NCBI GenBank assembly: GCA_963845515.1
Contig: CAWJSR010000006.1
Location: forward strand, 132,681-196,680
Direction of reading: 5' to 3'
From: an uncultured delta proteobacterium
Lineage (GTDB): Bacteria > Myxococcota > Myxococcia > Myxococcales > Anaeromyxobacteraceae
Length of the DNA: 64,000 nucleotides
A program made the translations under genes and the position numbers. Each line of letters begins with the position of its first letter. Position 1 is the stretch's first letter. Below the pieces are notes generated by a model, which was given only the letters and a program-made list of their open reading frames with translations, had not been told where the DNA came from and did not search any database. Positions 31,495 to 41,741 of the stretch are shown here, one piece after another.

Positions 31495-32448
31495 ATGGGG
31501 TACCACGTCGTGATCATCCGCAGTCGTTCACGTCGGCACGTGCCGATCGCCCGCGACGAGGTGGAGGCGGCCGTCGCCGCGAGGTTCGACCTCACATCGA
31601 CTCCGCGTGGCGATGATCTGGAGCTCACCTTCTCGGCGGAGGGTGGGCGCAGCCCGCTGCTGATCTGGCAGGACGGAGAGGTGTGGACCAGCAACCCGGA
31701 CGAGCGGACGCTCAGGGTGATGCTGGAGCTGGCGGTCTCGCTGGGCGCTCGCGTCCGGGGCGACGAGCTCGAGACGTACCGCTCTGTGAAGGAGACCTAC
31801 GTCCACCCCGACGACGAGGAGGCCGTGAGGATCGCTCGGAGCACCTCCAGGCGAATGCCGTGGCGCACCCGCATCAAGGGCTTCATCCCCCCGCTGCTCA
31901 TCGGGCTCGTCGCGCTGGCCTACGGGTTCGGCTCACGTCACGGTCTCTCGTGCGGCGGCCCGCGCGCCGGCGACGCCCTCGCTGACTCCAGCGAGGTCAG
32001 GGCCTTCTTGAGCCACTTCTTCGTGCCGGGAACCGCGCTCCGCGGGGAGCGGCCAGAGGCGCTCGCCCTGGGAGCGGGGATGGAACTCCTGAGCGCCGGC
32101 GACGACGTCTGCGCTGACGGCCTCTGCAACGTGACACGGGAGTACTTCCTCGAATTCACGCCGAACTTCCTGTTCGAGACACGGGGCGGACGCAAGGTGG
32201 TCGTGGGAGCCGACCCCGACGCCTTCGTGGATCTGTGCGAACTCCGGGAGGCAAGATGCCATCGGGTTCGGGGGACGGGAACGAACGGAGACATCCTCGG
32301 GACGTTCTGGCTCTCCAGGGCTTCGTTCGTCGTCTACGGCATCGAGTCCGGCGCGGGCTTCGTCGAGGTGTTCGAATCTCCAGGCGCGGACTCGGACGAC
32401 GTGGGTCGTCGACCCCGACAGGAGGAGGCCCGGGGCGGATCGCGATGA
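31495..32448 (+). CDS. hypothetical membrane protein (3' end possibly frameshifted)
   Basis: MGYHVVI...LGARVRGDELETY N-terminal domain, one TM helix, C-terminal domain. Confidence 0.55.
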   Translation: MGYHVVIIRSRSRRHVPIARDEVEAAVAARFDLTSTPRGDDLELTFSAEGGRSPLLIWQDGEVWTSNPDERTLRVMLELAVSLGARVRGDELETYRSVKETYVHPDDEEAVRIARSTSRRMPWRTRIKGFIPPLLIGLVALAYGFGSRHGLSCGGPRAGDALADSSEVRAFLSHFFVPGTALRGERPEALALGAGMELLSAGDDVCADGLCNVTREYFLEFTPNFLFETRGGRKVVVGADPDAFVDLCELREARCHRVRGTGTNGDILGTFWLSRASFVVYGIESGAGFVEVFESPGADSDDVGRRPRQEEARGGSR

Positions 32449-32504
32449 ATTCGTGATCGCCAGGTACGCGGGGTTGGCGCGACTGCAAAGCGGCACGCCC
32501 CGCG

Positions 32505-32541
32505 AAAAGGAAACCCCGGCCGCGCGGGGGCGCGACCGGGG
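32505..32541 (-). terminator. intrinsic terminator of rpsB-tsf
   Basis: ccccgg-c-cgcgc/gcgcg-a-ccgggg stem followed on the minus strand by tttcctttt. Confidence 0.75.
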
Positions 32542-32566
32542 CCGGTGAGGCAGGTGTCGGGCGTGG

Positions 32567-33226
32567 CTACTTCTGGAGCCCGGCGGCCGCGGCCACCTCG
32601 GCCGCGAAGTCGGTGCTCTTCTTCTCGAGCCCCTCGCCGAGGACGAAGCGGGAGAAGCGGCGGACCTGGATGTTCTCGCCGATCTTGGCGATCGCCTCGG
32701 TGATGATGTCCTGGACCTTCTTCTTGTCCTCCTTCACGAAGGGCTGCTCGAGGAGGCAGGCCTCGCTGTAGTACTTCTCGATCTTGCCGGTGGCGATCTT
32801 CTCGATGATCGCCTCGGGCTTCTTCTGCTCGCGGGCCTGGCCGCGGGCGATCTCGAGCTCGCGGGCGATGAGGTCGGCGGGGACCTCCTCGCGCTTCACG
32901 CAGATGGGCGCGGCCGCCGCGATGTGCATCGCCAGGTCCTTCACGAGGGTCTGGAACGCCTCGCCGCGGGCGACGAAGTCGGTCTCGCAGTTGACCTCGA
33001 CGAGGACGCCGATCTTGCCGCCCATGTGGATGTAGCTGGCGACGGCTCCCTCGGTGGCGGCGCGGGCCGACTTCTTGGCGGCGGCGGCGAGCCCCTTCTT
33101 GCGGAGGAAGTCCTCCGCCTTCGCGAAGTCGCCACCGACCTCGGTGAGCGCCTTCTTGCAGTCCATCATGCCGGCCCCGGTCTTCTCCCGGAGGTCCTGC
33201 ACCATCTTCGCGGTGATCTCGGCCAC
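32567..33226 (-). CDS. tsf: elongation factor Ts (short form)
   Basis: [36 protein letters not shown]. Confidence 0.97.
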   Translation of the reverse strand: MAEITAKMVQDLREKTGAGMMDCKKALTEVGGDFAKAEDFLRKKGLAAAAKKSARAATEGAVASYIHMGGKIGVLVEVNCETDFVARGEAFQTLVKDLAMHIAAAAPICVKREEVPADLIARELEIARGQAREQKKPEAIIEKIATGKIEKYYSEACLLEQPFVKEDKKKVQDIITEAIAKIGENIQVRRFSRFVLGEGLEKKSTDFAAEVAAAAGLQK

Positions 33227-33264
33227 GGTCTCTCCCTCGGCTTCTCTAGAGTGCTGGTGACTGG

Positions 33265-33299
33265 AAAAAGTCCGGGGGCGGACCCGGAAGTCCGCCCCC
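33265..33299 (-). terminator. attenuator-like hairpin between rpsB and tsf
   Basis: gggggcggac/gtccgccccc 10-bp stem with ttttt shortly after on the minus strand. Confidence 0.65.
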
Positions 33300-33328
33300 T
33301 GGTACGGGGATGCTCGGCGGGCGCGGAG

Positions 33329-34381
33329 CTAGGCCTTCGCCTCGCCCTCGCCGGCGGCCGGGGCAGCGGCAGGGGCGACCTCGCCCTTGCGGACCACCTC
33401 GACGTTGGCGCTGGCAGCGCCGCGATCCTCGCGGGGCGGGCCGCTGCGGGGGCCACGGCGGTCGCGGCGGTCGCGGCGATCCTTCATGCCGCGCTCGCTG
33501 GCGGCGTCGCGATCCTCCTCGCCCTGGCGCACTTCCTGGCCGTGCTCGGCGGCCCAGGCGGAGTAGCGCGCCTTGCCCTCGATGCAGGCCTCCGCGATCT
33601 TGCCGGTGAAGAGCCGGATCGAGCGGATGGCGTCGTCGTTGCCGGGGATGACGTAGTCGATCCCCTCGGGGTCGCAGTTGGTGTCGACGACCGCGACGAC
33701 CGGGATGCCGAGGCGGTTCGCCTCGTGGACGGCGATGTGCTCCTTCTTCGTGTCGATCACGAAGAGGGCGGTCGGCAGCCGGGAGAGGTCCTTGATGCCG
33801 CCGAGGTTCCGCTCCAGCTTCTCGCGCTCGCGCTCGAGCTGGGCGACCTCCTTCTTGGGGAGCCGCTCGTAGGTGCCGTCGGCGGCCATCTTCTCGATGG
33901 TCTTGAGCCGGTCGATCCCCTGCTTCACCGTCTTGAAGTTGGTGAGCGTGCCGCCCAGCCAGCGGTTCGTGACCGAGAACTGGCCGGAGCGGATCGACTC
34001 CTCGCGGACGGCGTCCTGCGCCTGCTTCTTGGTCCCGACGAAGAGGACCGAGCCGCCCTTGCCGACCGACTCCGAGACGAAGCGGAGCGCGCTGCGGGCG
34101 AGGCCGACCGTCTTCTGCAGGTCGATGATGTAGATGCCGTTGCGGGCGCCGAAGATGTACGGCTTCATCTTCGGGTTCCAGCGCTTGGTCTGGTGGCCGA
34201 AGTGGACGCCCGCCTCGAGGAGCTGCTTCATCGAGATGGCGGTGCCGGTCGACGCGACCGCGGCGGCCATCGTCTCGGCGCCGGTGGTCTCGGCGGGCGC
34301 CGCGGCGACAGGGGTCTCTGCGGGTGCTGCCGCGGCCGTCTCGGGCGCGGGGATGCTCTGGGTGTTCTCGGTATTTTCCAT
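33329..34381 (-). CDS. rpsB: 30S ribosomal protein S2 with Ala/Glu/Thr-rich N-terminal extension
   Basis: [40 protein letters not shown]. Confidence 0.97.
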   Translation of the reverse strand: MENTENTQSIPAPETAAAAPAETPVAAAPAETTGAETMAAAVASTGTAISMKQLLEAGVHFGHQTKRWNPKMKPYIFGARNGIYIIDLQKTVGLARSALRFVSESVGKGGSVLFVGTKKQAQDAVREESIRSGQFSVTNRWLGGTLTNFKTVKQGIDRLKTIEKMAADGTYERLPKKEVAQLEREREKLERNLGGIKDLSRLPTALFVIDTKKEHIAVHEANRLGIPVVAVVDTNCDPEGIDYVIPGNDDAIRSIRLFTGKIAEACIEGKARYSAWAAEHGQEVRQGEEDRDAASERGMKDRRDRRDRRGPRSGPPREDRGAASANVEVVRKGEVAPAAAPAAGEGEAKA

Positions 34382-34384
34382 GAC

Positions 34385-34497
34385 TTCCTCCGGTTGTGTC
34401 CGCCACGCTTCCCGTGAAAGCTCGACGCTGGCTTGCGGGAGAGCGTGATCCGCTCTCCCGAGAGCACCGGTGCGTCGATGCGGAAGCGTGTGAGAAT
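34385..34497 (-). ncRNA. rpsB 5' leader (S2 autoregulatory, t44-like structure)
   Basis: nested stems cacgcttcc/ggaagcgtg, tcgacgc/gcgtcga and cgggagagcg/cgctctcccg directly upstream of the rpsB RBS. Confidence 0.7.
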
Positions 34498-34646
34498 TTT
34501 GAGCCGTGGACGCCGGAAACCGGCGCTCACCCCCTCCGACCGCAAGGCGCGGAAAAGGGGATGGTCATCTAGCACACGGGAGGTGCCCTCGCAAGGGTCC
34601 GACGGGTGCAGCCGGCCTGCGCACCGGAGGATCCAAGCCTACGGGG

Positions 34647-35609
34647 TCAGGGAGCTTTTTCGGACGCGCTCCGCCACCAGCGCAGCTCCACGAGCGTCCC
34701 GTCGTAGCCGCGCCAGGCCACCGGGCGGGGTTCGGTCCCCGGGCACGCGTGGCTCGCCAGCCGATCGCCGAAGGCGAGCGCCGTCCCGCCGCACTCGGGG
34801 CAGTCAAAGCGCTTCGCGAGGGCGGCGCGGTCCGTGGCGGTGAGGATCTGGGAGCCACCCTCTGCCCTGCCGGGACGGCTGCCGAAGAGCCCCCTGGCCC
34901 GGTAGGCCTCGAGCTCCGCGACCTCGGCCGCCTCGCCGCCCTTCGTCCGGTCGACCTCCGCGCGCGCGGCGGCGTCGCAGGAGGCGCAGCGCGCGAAGCC
35001 GAGGCTGCGATCCGGGATGATCTCGATCGCGCCGCCTGCGAGCTCCTCCCACTCCTCCCGCGCGTCGATCTCCGCCGCGGGCACGCCGAGCGCCGCCAGC
35101 GCCGCCTCCTTCCTCTCGTCCACGGCGTGCGTGACGAGCACCTCCAGCGCGAGCACCGGCTGGCCGGATCTCAGGATCAGCACGTCAGGCCGGAGAGTCC
35201 CGAGCCGCTCCTCGTCCCGCGCCTCGTCGCCGGCCTCGGCGAGGTCGAGCGGCATCGGTCCAAGGCAGCCCGGGCAGCGGGCGCGGAGCGTCACGCGTCC
35301 GCGCCCCGAGAAGGCCTCGGCGCAGAGGAAGAGGAGCCGCTCCTTGGCGTTCAGGTGGAGCGCCGTCTCCGGCGCCGTGAGCGGGCACGCGGAGCCCGGG
35401 CCGTGCGCGAAGTGGCGGGCGCGCACGCGGCCGAGGTGTGGCACCAGCGCGTCGCCGCAGCCTGGGCAGCGGAACGGGGCGCGCTCGCGCCGGCTCCGCT
35501 CGTCGAGCCGGCCCGCGGCGACCTTCCTGCCGTCCCTGTCGAGCGCCCACGCGAGCTGGACGCCGGCGGCGCCGCGCGCCCCCTTGGCGCTCCCCTTCGC
35601 TTCGGCCAC
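34647..35609 (-). CDS. CoiA-like PD-(D/E)xK nuclease with zinc ribbons
   Basis: CPGC...RHFAH...ETALHLNAK; RPDVL...LEVLVTH; further CPGC, CASC and CPEC motifs. Confidence 0.7.
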   Translation of the reverse strand: MAEAKGSAKGARGAAGVQLAWALDRDGRKVAAGRLDERSRRERAPFRCPGCGDALVPHLGRVRARHFAHGPGSACPLTAPETALHLNAKERLLFLCAEAFSGRGRVTLRARCPGCLGPMPLDLAEAGDEARDEERLGTLRPDVLILRSGQPVLALEVLVTHAVDERKEAALAALGVPAAEIDAREEWEELAGGAIEIIPDRSLGFARCASCDAAARAEVDRTKGGEAAEVAELEAYRARGLFGSRPGRAEGGSQILTATDRAALAKRFDCPECGGTALAFGDRLASHACPGTEPRPVAWRGYDGTLVELRWWRSASEKAP

Positions 35610-35870
35610 GCGATGTCTGACCGGCGAGGGGCGGCGCACGGGCGCAGCATAGCTACCGCGGCCGGATCCGCACCGGCGCGGCAGCCCGGCGGACGCGCCC
35701 AGGGCCCCAGCGCGACGGAGACCGGCATCCCCTCGCGGATCGCGCGGCGCGGGACGGGGCCCGTCGAGGCGAGAGCGGCAGGATCCGGCGCCCCATCGCG
35801 CCACGGCGCGTCCCCACTCCCTGCCAGACTTGCGTGGGGCGCGAGGCGTCCGCGCCCCGAGGAGGCACCG

Positions 35871-36328
35871 ATGGCGCTCGAACCCGGCAGGAAGGCCCCG
35901 GACTTCAAGCTGGCCGACGACGGCGGGACGACCGTCCGGCTCTCCGACTTCAAGGGGAAGCGGGTCGTCCTCTTCTTCTTCCCGAAGGCGGACACGCCTG
36001 GTTGAACGCGCGAGGCCTGCGACTTCCGTGACGAAGTCGACGCGTTCAAGACGGCAGAAGGTCGTCGGTCCTCGGGGTCTCCCGTGACACGCCTGCCGGG
36101 CTGAAGAAGTGGAAGGAGAAGTACGCGCTGCCCTTCCAGCTCCTCTCGGATCCCGACCGCGCGGCGCACGAGGAGTACGGCGTGTGGCAGGAGAAGACGC
36201 TGTACGGGAAGAAGGTGATGGGGACGGTCCGGACCACCTTCGTGATCGGGCCGGATGGGAAGATCGAGCGGATCTTCCCGAAGGTGACGGTCGAGGGGCA
36301 CGTGGCGGAGGTGCTGGGTTCCCTGTAG
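35871..36328 (+). CDS. bcp: Bcp/PrxQ peroxiredoxin, probable selenoprotein (UGA 36003-36005; indel near 36,051-36,067)
   Basis: FFPKADTPG-UGA-TREACDFRD; downstream LGVSRD, LLSDPD, RTTFVIGPDG; GGAGG RBS. Confidence 0.9.
36002..36049 (+). promoter_or_regulatory. bacterial SECIS-like hairpin
   Basis: ttgaacgcg/cgcgttcaa lower stem; cgacttc/gaagtcg upper stem; apical loop cgtgac with G at position 2, ~22 nt after UGA. Confidence 0.7.
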
Positions 36329-36340
36329 AAGTGGCCTCCA

Positions 36341-37652
36341 ATGCCCAGGAAACTAGGAAACCGGCCTCCTCGCCCCGACGTCGTCGACGCGCTCGTCCTG
36401 GAGATCCACGGGCTCATCCGCGACCAGGGCTGGCTCGCAGATCGTGCGCTGGAGGTGGTCCTCCGCCGCGACCGGAAGGTGTGGGCCAACGAGCGGCGCG
36501 CCGTGGCAGAGGCCGTCTACGGCCTCGTCCGCTGGCAGGCGCAGCTCGACTTCCTCCTCGGGCGCAAGCCCTCGCTGGCGGAGCGCTACGCGGCGTGGCT
36601 CGTTCGCTTCGGCGGCGCCAACCCAGACGAGGCGGCCCGGCGGCTGGCCGTCGCGCCCGCGGCGCTCGACCGGCTGGAGGGGGGCGACGCGCGGATCGGC
36701 GCGCTCGCCGATCCGGTGGAGCGGCTCGCGATCGAGGCGTCCCTACCGCGGTGGATCGCCGAGCGGTTCGCGCGTGAGCTGGGGATCGAGGAGGCGAGGG
36801 CGCTCGCCCTCGCGATGAACGAGCGCGCACCGCTCACCGTCCGGACCAACCTCCTCGGCGGGGATCGCGAGAAGCTGCGCGCGCGGCTGGCGGAGGAGGG
36901 GATGCAGTCCGAGCCGACCCGCTTCTCCCCCTGGGGGCTGGTGCTCGACGGCCACCAGAACGCCTTCTCGCTCGCGTCGTTCAAGGACGGGCGCTTCGAG
37001 ATCCAGGACGAGGGGAGCCAGCTCATCGCCCTGGCGTGCGGCGCCAGGCCAGGCTGGACGGTCGTGGACGCCTGCGCCGGCGCCGGCGGCAAGGCGCTCG
37101 CGCTCGCGATGGAGATGCACAACAAGGGGTCGCTGGAGGCGCTCGACACCGACGAGGGGCGGCTCGAGGAGGCGAAGCGGCGGGCCCGCCGCGCCCACGT
37201 CCACAACCTCCGCGTGCCGCGTCATCGCGCCGGGGCCGGAGGCGGAGGGGCAGCTCGCCGACCTCGTCGGCAAGGCGCGCGTCGTGCTGGTCGACGCGCC
37301 CTGCTCCGGGCTCGGCACGCTGAGGCGGAAGCCGGACGCGCGCTGGCGGCTCGCGGAGGGGGACCCCGAGAAGTTCTCCCTCGTCCAGCGGACGCTCGTG
37401 GCGCGCTACTCCAAGCTCCTCGCGCCCGGGGGGCGGCTCGTCTACGCGACGTGCGCCATCGGCCGCACGGAGAACGACGACGTCGCCGACTTCGCCGAGC
37501 GAGAGCTCTCGCTCGACCCGGCGCCGCTCGCCCCGCTGCTCGGGGAGGAGCGTGCCGGGGCGCTCGGCGTGGAGGGGAACCGGCTGCGGCTCCTCCCGCA
37601 CCGGCACGGCACCGACGGCTTCTTCGTCGCCGCCTTCACCCGGCGCGCGTAG
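36341..37652 (+). CDS. RsmB/NOL1/Sun-family RNA m5C methyltransferase (frameshift ~37,215)
   Basis: EIQDEGSQL, DACAGAGGK, VDAPCSGLG, VYATC, TDGFF. Confidence 0.9.
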
Positions 37653-37815
37653 GCGCCGTCGAGATCGCGGGACCCCTGATCCAGGGACCTCCGTCCGAGA
37701 TCGTGGCCGCGGCACGGGAGGCGCTTCTTCGGCTGCTGTCGCCGCCCTGACTGCGATATGTTCCTGCTGCGGCGCCTACGGTTGTCGGAGGCGACCGGCA
37801 CACGGGAGCGACGCA

Positions 37816-38446
37816 ATGAAGAGCGGCAAGCTGATCGTCATCGAGGGGATCTACGGGTCCGGCCGGTTCGTGGTGCGGCTGGTGAACCAGCTGCGCGAGG
37901 CGCTCGCCGCCGAGGGGCGGGAGGGCTACGAGATCGACAGCCCGGACAGCGGGCGCGCGCAGCTCATGGGCGCCGGGGATCTCGACTCGAGCTGGCACTA
38001 CGGCATCTTCAAGGCCGACTTCTTCTTCGCGCTCGCGTCGCGCGCCCGTGTCTGCTCGGTCATCCGCGACGAGATGAAGGCCGGCAAGATCGTCCTCTGC
38101 AAGAACTTCACGCTCGCGTCGATCGCCTACGCGACGCTCAAGGGGCACGACTGGTTCCGGGAGGACCTGAACATTCTCGAGGCGCGTGCCCGCGGACGCG
38201 GCTTCGGCGGCACCATCAGCCCAGACCTCACCATCTTCGTGGACGTCCAGCCCGAGGTGGCCCTCAAGGAGCTGGGTGACCGGCTCAACGGCTTCTTCCG
38301 CCCCTCCGACCTGGCCCAGCAGCGGAAGATCTACCTCGACGAGCTGGCGCGGATGCCCAGCAACGAGGTGAAGATCCTCGAGCTCCGATCGCCACGAGGA
38401 CATCAACCTCGCGGACGCGCTCGGGGCCATCAAGTCCGTGCTCTAG
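37816..38446 (+). CDS. thymidylate-kinase-like protein with degenerate P-loop (frameshift ~38,385)
   Basis: GKLIVIEGIYGSGR, FALASRAR, PDLTIFVDV; lacks GK[ST] and DR motifs. Confidence 0.7.
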
Positions 38447-38473
38447 CGGTACGCGGAGCTCCAGGAGAGACGC

Positions 38474-39058
38474 ATGACCTTCCCCGCCGTGGTCTGCATC
38501 GCCGCCGCGCTCGCGGCCGCCCCCGTCGACGAGTGGTCGCATCGGCGGACGCACCCGAGCACGTGGGGCGGGACCGCCTGGGGGGACTTCCGCTTCGGGA
38601 TGGGGCCGGCCGACGTCGCCGACCTGATCGAGCGCTTCGGCGCGCCGGAGTGGAGGGGGGCCACCGTGAAGCGCGAGGGCCACTCGTCCTGGACCGTCCA
38701 GGACGAGCTGGTGGTGCAGGGTTCGCGGGTCCGGCTCGCAGGGGCCTTCGGCACCGTGGTCTTCGCCTTCTTCGAGGGGCAGCTCTACCAGGTGCGCTTC
38801 ACCGCCGACTCGGACAGCTTCGAGGGCGAGGACACCCGGGCCGGCTGGGATGGCTGGACCACGCGGCTGGCCGACGATGCCTCGGGTCGCTATGGGGCGC
38901 CGGTCATCACGGAGAAGACCTACGCCTGGCGCGTGGGCGATCTGGAGGTCTCCACGACCCGCGGCCTGCCGCAGATCTGGTTCACGAGTCAGCGGGTGCG
39001 CGCCGAGGTGGAGCGTGCGCAGGAGGCGCTGAAGGGGGAGCCGGCCGCGCGCCGGTGA
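38474..39058 (+). CDS. hypothetical secreted protein
   Basis: GGAG RBS; signal-like N-terminus; WGDFRFGM motif. Confidence 0.6.
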   Translation: MTFPAVVCIAAALAAAPVDEWSHRRTHPSTWGGTAWGDFRFGMGPADVADLIERFGAPEWRGATVKREGHSSWTVQDELVVQGSRVRLAGAFGTVVFAFFEGQLYQVRFTADSDSFEGEDTRAGWDGWTTRLADDASGRYGAPVITEKTYAWRVGDLEVSTTRGLPQIWFTSQRVRAEVERAQEALKGEPAARR

Positions 39059-39220
39059 CCCGGCTCTAGCCGAGGGCTCCCCGACGGGGAGGTCAGGGGT
39101 CGGTGCCCAGCGCGGCGAGCTCGCCAGGCCCGGGGGTCGGGCCCTCCAGGATGCGGCGGAGCAGGGGTGGAATCGCAAGATATCGGCACCCGCTCCTGCG
39201 CCCTGCTAGGCTCGCCACCG

Positions 39221-40048
39221 ATGACCCCCGACGAGATCGCCCGCCTGCCGCTCGCGGAGCTGCGGCGCCGCTTCGTGGAGGCGGCCGAGCCGCTCCCCGA
39301 GCCGGTGGCCGCCGCGCTGGCCGTCGATCCGCGCGCCGGGGCGAGCGCGCTCCTCGCCGCCGTTGAGCGGCGGCGGTCCGAGAACCGCACCGAGGGGCAG
39401 CGGCTCCGCGCGCTGCTCGCCTTCGAGACGGCGCTCTGGGAGCGCGGCGTGGCGCGGATCGCGGGCGTGGACGAGGCCGGGGTGGGGACGCTCGCGGGCC
39501 CGGTGGTGGCGGCCGCGGTGGTCCTGCCGCATGGGCTGCGGCCGCGGGGGCTCGACGACTCGAAGCAGCTCGACGCCCGCGTCCGCGACCGGCTCTGCGC
39601 CGAGGTGAAGGCGGGCGCGCTGGCGTGGGCCGTCGGGGTCGCGTCGCCGGAGGAGGTGGACTCGCTCAACGTCTACCAGGCGGGGCTGCTCGCCATGCGC
39701 CGCGCGGTGGAGGGGCTCTCGATCCGTCCCGAGCACCTGCTCGTGGACGCACGCCGGATTCCGGAGCTCACGATCCCGCAGCAGGGGATCGTGAAGGGGG
39801 ACGCGAAGTCGCTCTCCATCGCCGCCGCCAGCGTGGTGGCCAAGGTGACGCGCGACGCGCTCATGGTGGAGGCCGAGGCGCGCTTCCCCGGCTACGGCTT
39901 CGCACGCCACAAGGGGTACGGCGCGCCCGAGCACCTGGAGGCGCTGCGGCGGCTCGGTCCGTGCGGGATCCACCGTCGGACCTTCACGCCCGTGCGCGAG
40001 GTGATCGAGGGCGGGCCGCGTCAGCGCGACCTGTTCGACGCACGCTGA
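39221..40048 (+). CDS. rnhB: ribonuclease HII
   Basis: [43 protein letters not shown]. Confidence 0.95.
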   Translation: MTPDEIARLPLAELRRRFVEAAEPLPEPVAAALAVDPRAGASALLAAVERRRSENRTEGQRLRALLAFETALWERGVARIAGVDEAGVGTLAGPVVAAAVVLPHGLRPRGLDDSKQLDARVRDRLCAEVKAGALAWAVGVASPEEVDSLNVYQAGLLAMRRAVEGLSIRPEHLLVDARRIPELTIPQQGIVKGDAKSLSIAAASVVAKVTRDALMVEAEARFPGYGFARHKGYGAPEHLEALRRLGPCGIHRRTFTPVREVIEGGPRQRDLFDAR

Positions 40049-40067
40049 CGGACGCTCGGCGAGGTCG

Positions 40068-41663
40068 TCAACGACCCTCGCCGGCTGGGATCCCCGGGAT
40101 GGGCAGGCCCGTCGCCACGGTGAAGAAGAACCGTCCGCCGCCGGACTGGTCGCCGAAGGCCTGGCGAGGGGCCACGGCCAGCACGCCCGTCACCGAGAGG
40201 TGGAGGCTCCGGACGAACCAGCCCACCGGCACCGACCACTCGAGCCCGATCCTCGCTCCGACGGAGGGTGAGAAGCCGAGCGCGGGCACTTCCTGTGCGT
40301 CGAACCCCGCTGTGCCGACGGCCCACCAGGTGAAGCCCGCGCCCATCGGCCGCGCGATGCCGTAGTCGAAGAGCATGAGGACCCGGGCGCGCTCCCCTCC
40401 GCTGAGCCTCACGATCGAGTAGGCCGACTCGCGTTGATCGCCGCGCGAGGCGATGCGGAGGGAGCCACCGAGGCCAGTGCCGCTGTCGAAGCCGAGCTGC
40501 AACAGCTGGCGCGACGGCCGGGGCGACGCTCGCGCCCCTCCCTCGCGGCCGGCGAGCGGGGAGGGTGGGACGCGAGGGCCGCTCCCGCTCGCCGCGGGCG
40601 GCGCCTGGGCGGCAGCGGCTTGCGCGGCCTCGCTCGCGTGGGGGACCGGAGCGGGCGATGGCCGTGCCGGGCTGGCGGCCTCCGCCGGCCCGGGGCCAGC
40701 CGCTTCAGGCTCGCGCTCACCCGTGTCCATCGGCTCGGCGTCGGCGGTCGCGACCCTCGGTCCGATGCTGCTGCGGTCGTGGCAGCCGGTGCACTGGGCC
40801 GGTCCCCTGGACACCTCGGTGTGGCACGAGATGCAGCGGGAGTGCGCGATCCGCGCCCCGAGCTCGACCTTCCCGACGCGCCCAGGACCGTGGCAGCGGG
40901 CGCAGGCCGCACGAGCGGCGAGGTGCTTGCGGTGGTCGAAGGTGACCGAGCCGAACGTCTCGAGCGTCCGGACGACCACGCCCGGCGGCGGAGGCAGCGG
41001 CTGCGGGGCAAGGAACCCCGGCGAGGGAGTCGACGCGCGACGCGGGCTGGGCTCGGGAGCCGCAGCAGGCTCGGCCGCAGCAACGGCGGGCTCCGGAGCC
41101 GCGGGCACGGCGACGGTCGGCTCAGCTACGACGGGCTCGGCGACGGCTGGCTCGGTTACCACGGGCTCGGCGACGGTTGGCTCGGCGACGGCTGGCTCGG
41201 TTACCACGGGCTCGGCGACCACGGGCTCCGGCGGCGGCTCGCTGGCCGGGGGCTCCGGTTCATCCGGCTTCGCCGGCTCGGCGGCGGCCATCCGCGTTCC
41301 GCCTCCAGTGGCTCCGCCGGCGTGGCAGCCGGTGCACGCCGTCGGCCCGCGCGACTGTTCGGTGTGGCAGGAGATGCAGCGGGCGTGGCCGATCCGCGCC
41401 CCGAGCTCCACCTTCCCCGCCGGGCCAGGACCGTGGCAGCGGGCGCAGGCCGCGCGCGCGGCGAGGTGCTTGCGGTGGTCGAAGGTCACCGGGCCGAACG
41501 TCGCCGGCGTCCGAACGACCACGTCCGGCGGTCTCGCCAGCGCTTGCTCGGCGAGCCCGTGGAGCGGCGCGAGCGGCGCCAGTGCCACGACCGGCGCGAC
41601 AGATCGGTCCGCTGCCCCCGCGAAGAGCACCAGCGCCAGGAGGGCGGCGGGGGCCGATGTCAC
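40068..41663 (-). CDS. two c7 (PpcA-like) triheme domains, Pro/Ala/Glu linkers and C-terminal putative beta-barrel
   Basis: signal peptide; two copies of VTFDHRKH-CARCH-CISCH-CTGCH (6 CXXCH); alternating beta-strand pattern at C-terminus. Confidence 0.8.
   Translation of the reverse strand: MTSAPAALLALVLFAGAADRSVAPVVALAPLAPLHGLAEQALARPPDVVVRTPATFGPVTFDHRKHLAARAACARCHGPGPAGKVELGARIGHARCISCHTEQSRGPTACTGCHAGGATGGGTRMAAAEPAKPDEPEPPASEPPPEPVVAEPVVTEPAVAEPTVAEPVVTEPAVAEPVVAEPTVAVPAAPEPAVAAAEPAAAPEPSPRRASTPSPGFLAPQPLPPPPGVVVRTLETFGSVTFDHRKHLAARAACARCHGPGRVGKVELGARIAHSRCISCHTEVSRGPAQCTGCHDRSSIGPRVATADAEPMDTGEREPEAAGPGPAEAASPARPSPAPVPHASEAAQAAAAQAPPAASGSGPRVPPSPLAGREGGARASPRPSRQLLQLGFDSGTGLGGSLRIASRGDQRESAYSIVRLSGGERARVLMLFDYGIARPMGAGFTWWAVGTAGFDAQEVPALGFSPSVGARIGLEWSVPVGWFVRSLHLSVTGVLAVAPRQAFGDQSGGGRFFFTVATGLPIPGIPAGEGR
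41111..41228 (-). repeat. 15-bp coding tandem repeat, EP(V/A/T)V(A/T), about 8 units
   Basis: repeated ggctcgg-cgac/ttac units with 15-bp period between the two c7 domains. Confidence 0.8.
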
Positions 41664-41741
41664 GCGGAGAGACTATCCCAGCCGTGAGGGTTCGAGGCGC
41701 CACCGCCACGTGTGGGCCGTCGGGCCCCTCGCCGGGGTGCG

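Noticed and set aside
32567..33226. Short EF-Ts as a truncation
   Set aside because: The ~200-220-aa form is a known natural variant, and this ORF has intact N- and C-terminal motifs.
41111..41228. Short tandem repeats as a CRISPR array
   Set aside because: 15-bp in-frame coding units with no unique spacers; no cas genes in the window.
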